A DNA stretch of 53,180 bases, counting the filler, from Basidioascus undulatus (Eukaryota), in assembly GCA_000826855.1 (NCBI GenBank). It is 4 parts of 4 records of this genome, joined end to end, with 100 filler letters (N's around TTAATTAATTAA, not from the genome) between each part and the next. Parts side by side here need not be neighbours in the genome. Positions count along the whole stretch, not along the records: positions 39,967 to 53,180 come from JTLS01000829.1; 3 more parts are not named here. One strand, 5' to 3'. The position numbers and the translations under genes were made by a program. The notes below the pieces were generated by a model. That model was not told where the DNA came from. It was given only the letters and a program-made list of their open reading frames with translations, and made no database searches. This document shows positions 41,134 through 53,180 of this stretch, in pieces; positions within the stretch are counted from its first letter, which is position 1; each line of letters begins with the position of its first letter.

Positions 41134-41476
41134 GCGTGCGGAGGGTGGACTTGCTTGATGCGGGTTCGAGAGGTCAGGTCGCTGGGATGCTGGTGTGAAG
41201 TGATTGAGTTGAATGAGTTGATGAATCAAGTTACTTCTTGGTATCGAACTAGCGTGTACGTGCGTATCAAGTGCGTTTAGAAGGAAAAAGGCTGGAAAGT
41301 GAACGCTTGCGAACGCAGCTGCTCTCCGTGGAAATTCGCCCAACCTGGCCGAGGAAGACGTCAGAACGCCAAGCTAGCTGCGACTTGCATCGCCTCCTCC
41401 CAAACGCTACCTATCGTCTTCTCATCCCTCCCCAGTCCGTGCTCTCTTCTCCTACCACCATCAGCATCCCACCAGC

Positions 41477-43901
41477 ATGTCAGCCCCCACCGAGTCCCCT
41501 CACGCCGACGCCGGCGGGCTGATCGACCCCTCGACCACCGCCGGGTGGGGCCAGGCGACTTCCCGCGCGCCCGCGCTGGGTGTACCGCTCAGTGATGCGG
41601 TGCTGGAGTTTTTGAGGAGGGAGAGGGAGGATGTGGGCGAGCTGCGGGGGAGGACGGCGGTGAGGGCTAGGATGCTGGATGAGTGAGTGCGGGTTTGAAG
41701 GGAGAGAGGGGCGGGGAGGCTGATGCGTGGGGGATGGGGATGGGGCAGTGGGCACCCGCTCTCATCATACTTCATCAGCTCATCGCACAACACCTACCTC
41801 TCCGCGAACCAAGTGCAATCTTCCTTCTTCCCCTCCCCCTCTCCTCTCCCTAACCTCCTCCCCCAACAGTTGACAGGCGACGCCTCCGCCTCCCAATACT
41901 CCTTCGTCCTCTCTCGCGGATGCCGCTGCGTCGAGATCGACCTGTGGGACGACCCGTCCTCCGCAGTCGGCGAACCGAAGGTCACGCACGGGTACACGCT
42001 CACGGAGCGCGTGACCTTCCGAAGCGTGTGCGAGGCGATTGAGGGGGAGGTGAAGGAGGGCGATCTGCCGGTCGTTGTGAGCTTGGAGTGCCATGCGGGC
42101 TTGGAGGGGCAGGGGAAGGCGGTGGAGGTGCGTTTTCCGGGAAGAGGGAGGGGGAGGGGAAGGGAGGGAGCTGATTTGGGCGCGGAGCAGATCATGAAAG
42201 AGGTGTTTGGCGAGAAGCTCGTCACCGCCCCGCTGGAAGGCCTCGACGGCCCGCCAACGATCAACCAGCTCCGCGGGCGAGTCCTAATAAAAGTGCGTCC
42301 CTCCCTTCTCCACATTCCCTTCCTCCCCCTCCCTTCCCACCTTCCCACCGTCCCGCTCAACCGGGCCCACCGGTGTGCGAAGGTGGAGTACTGCCCCGCG
42401 GGCGCCTCGCTCCTCGCCTCGCAGACGTCCGCGCTCGCGCTCAAGGACCCCGTCGACGCCGAAGACGATGGGAATGAGAGCGACAGCAGCAGCGACTCGA
42501 GCGACGACGAGGCTGCGCGGGAGCTTCGGAAAAAGCGCAAGGACGCAAAGGTCCGCATTGGGCCGGCGCTGAGCGGGCTGGGGGTGTACGCTTCGTCCAG
42601 TGCGTTCTTTTTACCTTTCGGTTGCCCTTCTATCCCCACCGGGAAGGGAAGCTCACTGTGCGTTGTGCATTGGGCGGCGGGGGAAACAGTCAAGCCGGGC
42701 AAGCGCAAGTGGTGGGAAGACCGTGCGTCTGCGTCTGCGTCGGGGAGGGTGGAGGAGGGAGAGGGGTGCTGACTTTCTCGCGGTGAGGGGCCAGGATTCG
42801 ACGACCCCCCGCATGCCGTGGTCAACATCAGCGAGTCTGCGCTCGGGAAGCTCCTCTCCACGTCGCTCGTCGGCATCGTCGAGACGACGGCGGAGCAGCT
42901 CATTCGGGTGTACCCGCACGGGCTGAGGGTGGGGTCACGGAAGTGCGTTCTATCTCTCAGACCCTCTCTTTCTCTCTTTCTCTCTCTTTCTCTCTCTTGC
43001 TTTCTTTCTTTCTGTCGTGTTCTTGCGTGACGGATGCTGATCGACCCCTCGGAGCAGCCTCGACCCCCTCCCCTTCTGGCGGTGCGGCTCCCAGATCGTA
43101 GCACTCAACTGATACGCCCCCCCCTCCTTCCTTCTTCCTTCCTTTTTTCCCTTACCAAGCCTGACATCCGGCGTTGGGATTTCTGCACGCAGCGCTTCGA
43201 CAAAGGCCTGCAGCTCTCCGAGGCGCTCTTCGCGGGGACGGGCGGATACGTGCTCAAGCCCACCGCGCTGCGCAAGAACGGGCGCGAGCCGCCGGTCAAG
43301 TGGAGCAAGGTCAGGGTGGAGATGCGTGTGTTTGGCGCGTCGAATCGTGCGTTCTCCCTTCCTCCTTCCTCACGGCCTCACCTTCTTCCAGGGGCCCGAT
43401 GATTTTTACTCTACTTCCCGCACAGTGCCCCGCCCCTCCTCCCTAGACGCCGACGACACGCTCAAGCGTTCGTCTCCCCTGTCCCCTCCTCCCTTCCTCG
43501 TTCACCCTCCTCCTCTTGCAGCCTTCCTCCGCGCCAAGCTCTACTCCACGACCGCCGACGTCCGGCACCGGACGTCTACCTCCGCAGGATCCGACCCAGT
43601 GTGGGACTCGCCGACCTTCGCATGGGAGTTCGACGCGGATGACGAGCTCGCCTTCCTGCGCGTCAAGGTCGTCCATGATGTGCGGTGGGGCGGGGACGAG
43701 GTGTTTGCTCTCTGGAGCGCGCGGGTCGCGGGGCTGGAGAATGGTGCGTTGCTGAAGGGGGGAGGGATGGAGAGAGGAGGATGCTGATTGGGAAGGATGT
43801 GGGGATGCGGTTTAGGTTGGACGTTGATCAGGCTCCTGGATCTCAAGGGGAGGGAGACCGACGCGACGGTTCTGGTGCACTTTAGGACGTCGTACTCTTG
43901 A
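41477..43901 (+). CDS. Phosphoinositide-specific phospholipase C (X, Y and C2 domains)
   Basis: PLSSYFISSSHNTYL, RGCRCVEIDLWD, VTHGYTLT, PVVVSLECH, LIRVYPHGLRVGS, GYVLKP, and C2-type DPVWD..ELAFLRVKV. Confidence 0.92.
42951..43012. repeat. Imperfect (CT)n/(CTTT)n microsatellite in a PLC intron
   Basis: ctctctttctctctttctctctctttctctctc... Confidence 0.8.
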
Positions 43902-44907
43902 GGAAGGAGGCGGAACACTGGGAACCCTCAACGATGATTGGAACGTTGAGGAGAGTACGAACATTGGACTGCAGTAGTTTTCGAGTTGATTCCACTTATG
44001 CACTGCTCTCGTTTGACAGCAGCCGGTGCGCCACCGTACTGCCACTCTGCGAGCAATTCGCAAGGCGCATACCGACGCATCCTGGCCCACATTAATATCA
44101 TCCTGTGTCTTATTTACAATTGAAACTCACTCGGAACAATGATGGCTCCCCAGCTCTTTACCTGATGCTTCGATCGTCAACGCAAGGAAGGCAGTTCGCT
44201 CAACAATCCATTGTCTCAATCTCACCCTTCAGAGCGGATCCACATTCAGTGTTGATCTGCAGTTCAACGCTGCCTGCCATACTGGATGCATATCTGGTCC
44301 CCTTTGTCCTATGTAAAGCGGGGTATGTTCGTTGTGTTGAGGGTTGGCAGGGTGCGTTGTGAGCTGCATGAAATTCGACATGAGGACCACCCATCTCCTT
44401 CTCTTCCCCGCTACATACTTGCATCTGAGTTGCATTATACCAATCCTCAACCGCACCTTCGGTTTATATAATAAATGTCAGACGATTGAAGACTTCAGGT
44501 CCAGATTTGCATGAAGTCCAGATTTGCAGACAGGCTGTTCCAGCGAGAACCCGCGGACCCGTGGCTTGTCTGTCCGCGGAACCTCAACTGACCTCATCAA
44601 GGAAAGTTGCCGCGAAGGCACTTGAGCTCGTTCTTCCACTCTCACTTCCACTAGTCTCACTCCTGCACGCACTTTTGCTCACAATTCCGGGCGGTCAAAC
44701 TGAATATTACCCCTAGCTGCTGCTCGAGTCCGCCCCGCTCAACCGGCTAAGAAGCTGAGGCCCGTCAGCTGTTGATCAGCAGTGCGTCTTCTCGCGTCGG
44801 GCAGCCGGCCTTGCCCTCACCAGCTCTCCCACAGTCTCGCTCACGATTCCTATCCCACAGCTGCGCCTACCGCCCATCCCATTCCCTCTCCCACCACCGC
44901 GTGCATC

Positions 44908-46546
44908 ATGTCCGAACCCGCCGCCGCCTCCTTCGCGCCCCCGCCGTCCTCCAAGCGCCAGCCCACGACGCTCATCCTCCTGGGCATGGCTGGCTCGGGC
45001 AAGACGACGCTGCTGCAGCGCCTGAATGCGTACCTGCACCAGCAGCGCACGCCGCCCTACGTCCTCAACCTCGACCCCGCCGTCCACACGCTCCCTTACT
45101 CCGCCAACATCGACATCCGCGACACCGTCTCCTACCGCGAGGTCATGAAGCAGTACCACCTCGGTCCGAACGGCGGGATCCTCACCGCCCTCAACCTCTT
45201 CACGACCAAGTTCGACCAGGTCCTGGGGCTCGTTGAGAAGCGCATGGGCGAGGTCGACCATGTCCTCGTGGACACGCCCGGGCAGATCGAGATCTTCACC
45301 TGGAGCGCGAGCGGCGCGATCATCACAGACGCGCTTGCGAGCGCGGGGCCGACGGTGGTGGCGTATGTGGTCGACACGCCGCGGACGACCGCGCCCGCGA
45401 CGTTCATGTCCAACATGCTCTATGCTTGCTCGTGCGTCCCTTCTTCCTCTTCCCTCCTCCCTCATCCTCCTCCCTCTTTCCTCCTCCTCCGGCCTCTCCT
45501 TTCACCTTCCCCAAACTCACCCACCCCTCCCACAGGATCCTCTACAAGACGCGCCTCCCTCTCCTACTCCTCTTCAACAAGACAGATGCGCACCCGCACC
45601 ACTTCGCGACCGAGTGGATGCGCGACTTCGAGGCCTTCCAGGCCGCGCTCGCCGCGCGCCCGGCAACGCAGCCGTACACTGCCGGCGAGGCGGGCGGCGA
45701 AGGCGAGCCGAGCTATATGAACAGCTTGATGAACAGCATGAGCTTGGTGTTGGAGGAGTTTTACAAGAACATTCGGGTGCGCTTGCTTCTCGCCGCTTCT
45801 GCGAATGCCGCGGATGGAAGACTGAGGGGATGGTTGTGCGATAGGCCGTGGGCGTGAGCGCTATGACTGGGGAGGGGATGGAAGACTTTTTTACCGCGCT
45901 GGAAGAGTCTCGAAAGGAGTACGAGACGTGCGTCCTCTCCTTCCTCTCCTCTCTCCCACCTCCTCCCATCTCACACTTTCTCTCAACCCTTCCCGCGATC
46001 CCTCAGCGAGTACAAGCCTGAGCTCGAGAAACTGAAGCACGAGCGGGTCCGTTCCTCTCCTTCTTCCTCCACCTACTTCTTCCTCTCTCTCTCTTTCCCT
46101 ACCGTCGCCACTGATCCCCTTTCCTGCCCGCGACAACAGGAAGCGCGCGAAACTGCGTCTAAGCAGGACTCGCTGAACCGACTCATGACCGACCTCGCAG
46201 TGGACCAGGCCAAGGCTAAGGCGCGCGGTGGTGAGGCGGGTCCGGACCCTGCAGAGGATGAGGTGGAGGATGAAGACGAGGAAGACGAGGGGGAGGAGCT
46301 GGATGCTGGTACGTCTTTGTCTTTCTCCCCTCCCTTTCCTTCTGTTCCACCCCAGACCCCTTGTTTCTGTGGACGAGAAAGCTCACGTGGAGTGGGGCCG
46401 GAATAGGCGACATGACCCGCCTCCGCAGCCAAAGCGGCGCAGAACCGTTTTTGAATCTGCGCATGGCGCGGCCGGGCGAGGGGCTGGGGGAGACGGGCGA
46501 GCCGGAGGTGGGCGAGGACGGCGTGCGGTGGCCGAGGCCTGGCTGA
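44908..46546 (+). CDS. NPA3: GPN-loop GTPase 1 (Npa3/XAB1)
   Basis: [30 protein letters not shown] (GPN loop), [39 protein letters not shown]. Confidence 0.96.
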
Positions 46547-48227
46547 GGATGTGGGGCGGGGGTAGGGGGGAAAGAGGGCGGGAGAAGGGGGAGATCTGAT
46601 TGGGCTGAGGCGCAGTCTTGATGAGGATGTGTGCATGCGGGCAGAGTGCGGTGAGGGCGCGGGAGCTGTTGGTTGGACGTATCGCATGTCGAGAGAGCGT
46701 GTTCGGCTCTCGCAAACACTGGACTGTGGGTGATTTTGAGTCAATTTCGCATAAGCACTGTAACTCGTTTCGACAGCGGTCCACAACGGTACTCCCGCAG
46801 TTCGCGAGGCAACGCCGACGCATACAGGCCGGATTGGCCTGCGTCTTCCCTTCTGCAGCGAGACACTACGCGCTGGGAGCTGGGAATCGGAACCGTCTCG
46901 TCTGGAAGGTGGAGCACAGTGGAGAGCAGGGAAGCGCGAGCGCTGCCCGTTGCCGGCTGTGAATGCCATCCGCTGTGCACTCCCGTCATAAGGCTGCTTG
47001 ACCTCTGCCTCCAGCTTGACCTCGCAACATTAAGTTTTTTCCTTCAAAGAAACCAAACATATTATGCTCTTGCTCTTTCGCGCCCACACCTGCGAATGAC
47101 TTCTTGGGTTGAATGCAATGCTGGCAGCTGGTGCAGCGTCTGTCCATGAAACGGACACTCACGACATCGTGGGATGGAATCAAAGTCTGTATGAAGAATA
47201 ATCTTCCTATAAAAAACGTCTCGCCGTAGGAAAGAGGCTTGTCGGGACCAAAGTTCACTTGCACGCTGTTAGGGTTCCGAGGTGGCAGTGCATGAGGGGG
47301 TCACCTGCTCCGTACACAGGCCGGTGTGCATTGTACAACCACCCTGCCAGTCAGTACTCAGGTCAGAAAAACGATCGGCGGTCGCCGTGGCCGACTCGAG
47401 TAAGCTACCACTAGCGAGCACCGGGCATCGGAACCGCTGCAGCGTGCCGGCACGGTCTATTCCCCAAAACCCATCAAGGCAGGCCGCTTGTTACTTCCTC
47501 CCACCGCCCTCATCTCTACCAGAAAAAGGTTCACACATATAAAACGTCAAAATGACTTCATGTACCCCGACCGCGCGCACCATGGCAGTACTGACGGGCG
47601 GCTCGAGGGGCATCGGTAGGTATGTCGGAATATAGACTGTCATGCAGTACCGTAATAGAGTGCTGCTGGCGCGATACTCGCGCGCTATGGCTAAGATGTG
47701 CGTCCCAAACGCGTTTGCGAAAGCTTAACTCTGAGGCATCTGCTGTTCTTTCCCCCTTTGCTTCACCGCCTCCTTTCGTAGTGTCGTGTCCTTCTTGATG
47801 CTGCCATGCTGTCGCGAGCCAGTACTCTTGATCCGGGGCTTGCTCGACGCGTGCCCGGATTCGCATACGTGAACCGAAACAAGTCCTTCTGATAAACATG
47901 TTTTCAACTCGACTACTGATGATGTCTTCTGGCTGCGAATAAGCAAAATGTTGAGCGCGGAGAGAAGGACGTTGACGACGCGTTCGAGTCAATCTTCGTG
48001 TCGGCACCTGCAGCGGCAGGCGTGCGCCACTTCTTTGTCAAGAAACGCGCGACGAGGTGCACCGCAAGACCGAGGCCACCCTTGCTGTCACTTGCATTTC
48101 TGAAGGTTCAGTCCCATCTCGCATTTCGTGAGTACCGGTATCGGGCTGGGGTAGCAGGCCAGTGGCAGAACTCTCAACAACCGAGATCCCAAACAACAGG
48201 CGCCCAAAAAGGGTGTGTATGTGTCCA

Positions 48228-49249
48228 TCAGCTCGTGCGGACCGTCTTGACCTGGAAAGTACCTAAGGCGCCAGCACCCGAATTAAACGTACGTCCTCCC
48301 TCAGACACAGGATGACGCAATGCGAACATACATTGCGGCAGTTGACTGATCTCCGTGGACACGGTAGTATGCAGGCCCAATCGCCCCAGCGCACCTCTAA
48401 CGATTCCAGAGGGGAAGGCGAGGAACTGTTCGGTACGAAAGCGGGTAAGTCTCTCAACGAATAGGTGCTTCAACGAATAGGTGCGTGATGAAGACGCACG
48501 GGCTTGGCCCGTTTCACAGCATCCGCCGAGCCCATAGGAGAGCTTATGCGCAGGAGAGGCTTGAAAGCGTTATCCTGCAGAACGAAGACCCCCTGCAGAC
48601 AAGAAATCAGAGGGAAACGTTTGGGCGGCAGCGACATTCGAGATTACGAACCCGGTGGTTGGTGCGCAGGTTGTCAACCTGCTTCCCGAACGCCGTCATC
48701 CAGACGTCTTTACAGACCATCTTGACGATCTCCAGCGGCGCCGGTAGAGGTGGCCGAGCAATTGTCAGACTGTGGGAAGAGCCAGTTGTCGGTACGCGGA
48801 TCTCGAGTGAGCCACTCCTCGGAGCGAACGAGCTGCAGTCACGGCACTGATGCCCGCCTGAGACCCAGCCGTGCCACGACCTATTTACGTCCACTTTCAT
48901 TTCATCTTGAAGGAAAGACTCACCGCTCTACCAATGCCTGCCCGACCTGGTACCCGATCGCCTCCAGCCGTCTCTCCGTCTCCGCCTCCACCTCCTCATC
49001 CCGCACAGCCTCCCCCGCCGCCCTGCTTCTTCTCAAGCCTTCCCTCGCGCTCTCTCGCAGGACGCGTACGAGCTCTATATCGATGAGCTCCGGCACGAGC
49101 CCATCGATCTGAGGCGTGGTCGCGTCCGAGAGCGTGAGGATCTGTGGTGTGAGCAGAGAAGTGGTGGAAGCGTTATGTGATGGCGGGTGAGAGAGGTGCG
49201 ACGGGTGGGCAGGGTGTGAGGAGGATATAGATGTACGCGCGGAGTTCAT
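48228..49249 (-). CDS. TRS33: TRAPP complex subunit Trs33/TRAPPC6
   Basis: [74 protein letters not shown]. Confidence 0.93.
48454..48484. repeat. 16-bp-period tandem duplication in a TRS33 intron
   Basis: TCAACGAATAGGTGC-T-TCAACGAATAGGTGC. Confidence 0.85.
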
Positions 49250-49626
49250 TGTGAGTGTTGTACGGGAAGATGGGAGGGAGAGCTGAGCAAGGCGGCCAGC
49301 TCGGGAGCTGGACGCGCTCGCGCTGTGGACCAGTAGGAGAATGCCAAACTAAATGCTCCCCCTCTCTTTCAAACACATCCATCGCTGCATTTAATAAACT
49401 TTGCGCGCAATCTTTTCGTAAGATCCCTGCTGAAAATCTGTGGTTTACTGAAGCGATGCACCGTCCGCGGGGATCGGCGTGCAAGTCGTGGCTGTCGTCG
49501 GCAGGTTTGCTCGCTTGCCCTCGTTACACTCTCGTCTGACACGCTGACCTACACTTCAAAGACCCCCCGCGCCTATTAACCTTACTCGATCGAATATCGT
49601 GATAGAACTGATTCTTCTCGAACTCG

Positions 49627-51209
49627 ATGTCATCTTCACCAACCGCTCCAGTCGGCGCTTCGTCGGCGCGCAGTGACGCCCAGAAGCTCGGCCTCTTCTC
49701 AAATAACATTTGGTCCGCAACCTTCACTTGATCATAGAATGTTCATACTGAATGAAATTGTGCAGGGAGAACGTCTCTGCACCGGATGATGGAGACGAGC
49801 TTGCTCGCACCGCGCTCGAGCGGCATCGACGCACCCCGGTCGCGGGAGACCGACAAGGTGAGCGAGCCCAGGAACATATTCATCAACTGTGCGACGGCTC
49901 TACTTACCAGTGCATTAACAATCAGCCAAGCTCAATGCGACTCCATCTTCCGCCTGGCACGGGTTCTACCAACGCAACAAGGCAGGTGCTTGTACATGAG
50001 CGTCGTGTCTTCTCTGCGCGTACGCTGACGCCGGACCGCATCAGGCCGCCTTCTTCCAAGACCGCAAATGGCTGAAGCTTGAGTTTCCGGAGCTGTTCAC
50101 CTTCCTGGAACCAGAGGTAAGCTTGAGGCCTCTTCTTCCCAAACAACGCTCATTGATCTCAATTCTCCGGCAGGCTGGTGAGGCCGCAATCATGGAGGTC
50201 GGGTACGTCCTTCAAGGAGGCCATGCTCCTCTTGGACTACGCTCACACCGAAACAATACAGGTGCGGTGCAGGAAACACGGTATTCCCTCTGGCTGCAGA
50301 GAACCGCAACCAATCGCTTGCACTGTACGCGTGCGACTATGCCTCGTCCGCAATCGAAGTTGTCAAGGTGCGGCACTTTCCGACCAGCGATGCCCTTACC
50401 TGCACCGCTCAACGCCCCATCTTCACACAGTCCAACTCCCTGTATGCCTCACCGCCATGCGGCGCGATCCAAGCGTCGATGTGGGATCTTTCCGCCGAGC
50501 CGTCCGCTGCATCGCCCTTGCCCGTCGCGGAGGGGACGCTCGACGTCCTCGTGATGATCTTCGTCTTCAGCGCACTTCATCCGGATCAATGGCGCTCGGC
50601 GGTGCAGAATGCATTCCGGGTAGATCCTGTCTTCGAAATGCCGGTAGTCCTGACATGCTGACGACCGGTCTCGCAGCTCCTGAAACCTTACGGCCTCCTG
50701 CTCTTCCGAGATTACGGAGCGAACGAGTAAGAGTGGGGATCAAATCAGGCTTCGACTGCGCTTTACTAACCTGAACATTTAAAACCGAAGCCTCGCTCAA
50801 CTCCAGATGAAGGACGAGCGCTACATGAGCGAGAGATTCTACATTCGCGGGGACGACACCCGGGTAAGCTGTCTCGTGCGACCTGCCACAGTCCTTCCGC
50901 TCATCCCAATGCGTTGTCAGGTCTACTTCTTCGAGTTAGGTGAGCATACTCTCCAGTCTCCATGCCAGACACGAACATCGCTGACCGTCCGCCGCTCGAG
51001 CAGACGAAGTCGCCTCCATCTTTGCCGCACCGCAGCCGGAGCACCCCGACAGCCCGTGCTTCTCCGCCGTCAAGCAAGACACGATTCGCCGTGCGCACGT
51101 CAATCGTAAGCTGGAGCGTGTGATGTACCGGATCTTCCAGCAGCTGGTCTTGCGCAAAGTCGCACCGGGCAGGTCGAGCGACAGTCATGCTACGGAGTCG
51201 CTCCCATAG
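49627..51209 (+). CDS. tRNA m3C methyltransferase of the METTL2/METTL6/Trm140 family
   Basis: FSNNIWENV, WHGFY, FFQDRKWLKLEFPEL, MEVGCGAGNTVFPL, IFVFSALHPDQW, LLFRDYG..DLAQL, FYIRGDDTRVYFF. Confidence 0.92.
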
Positions 51210-51613
51210 CCATGCAGTCGCTTGCCTCTTTGAACACCCACACGCTAGTACCCCATGGAGATTCGTTCAGGCCGTGCACGTGGAAGTCTTTAGGAAGTCA
51301 GTGAAGTAGCAACGTCTATGCGGGGAGTATGAGAGAAAGCGGGAAGAGAAAGAAGCGGTACAAGCACGTTGCGTACAGCTGTAGCTTGGAAAAAGGATGG
51401 GGAAGTAGGAACAGTAGGGAGCAGCAGCGAACCAGGCAACGGCACCGCAACCGATAGACGACGAAGGGGGGACATGCACAGATGGTAAAGTGATGGGAAC
51501 CGAGCAACAAAATAACCGTGAATGTAAACGGGAAAGTGCAGAGAATATTGCGAGCGTCCGCTGCGTACCGGAAGTCGGGAGGTGCGGTGCGGGAGGTGCG
51601 AGGAAGAGGGGGT

Positions 51614-53180
<1,567 letters not shown>

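Noticed and set aside
41794..43104. 436-aa minus-strand ORF
   Set aside because: Antisense shadow of the PLC gene; low-complexity translation.
46700..48200. Short ORFs between NPA3 and TRS33
   Set aside because: No motif, codon bias or consistent splice pattern.

Overview
Eukaryotic, intron-rich fungal DNA, most consistent with a basidiomycete (Pucciniomycotina-like yeast; an inference from protein sequences, short GT..AG introns and codon style). The window is not one locus. It is four contigs of about 13.2 kb (1-13255, 13356-26587, 26688-39866, 39967-53180) joined by artificial 100-bp N44-TTAATTAATTAA-N44 spacers. Recognisable genes: NUG1/GNL3 GTPase, taspase-like asparaginase (fragment), an SGNH hydrolase, a small GPI-type secreted protein, a peroxisomal hotdog thioesterase, mitochondrial GluRS, FAM192A/Fyv6, RRN3 (fragment), acyl-CoA oxidase, PI-PLC, GPN1/NPA3, TRS33, a METTL2/Trm140-type methyltransferase and an SRPK kinase. 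Accessory genes (P450, MYND finger, a tandem pair of YbjQ/UPF0145-like genes) are frameshifted. Most notable observations: an ~830-nt intergenic segment (13940-14765) that folds by eye into a nested multi-domain RNA with a possible pseudoknot and matches no ncRNA motif I recognise; a second smaller structured segment; alternating C-rich/G-rich waves through several genes; and two mid-gene chimeric junctions. Exon structures were read by hand, so boundaries are approximate.
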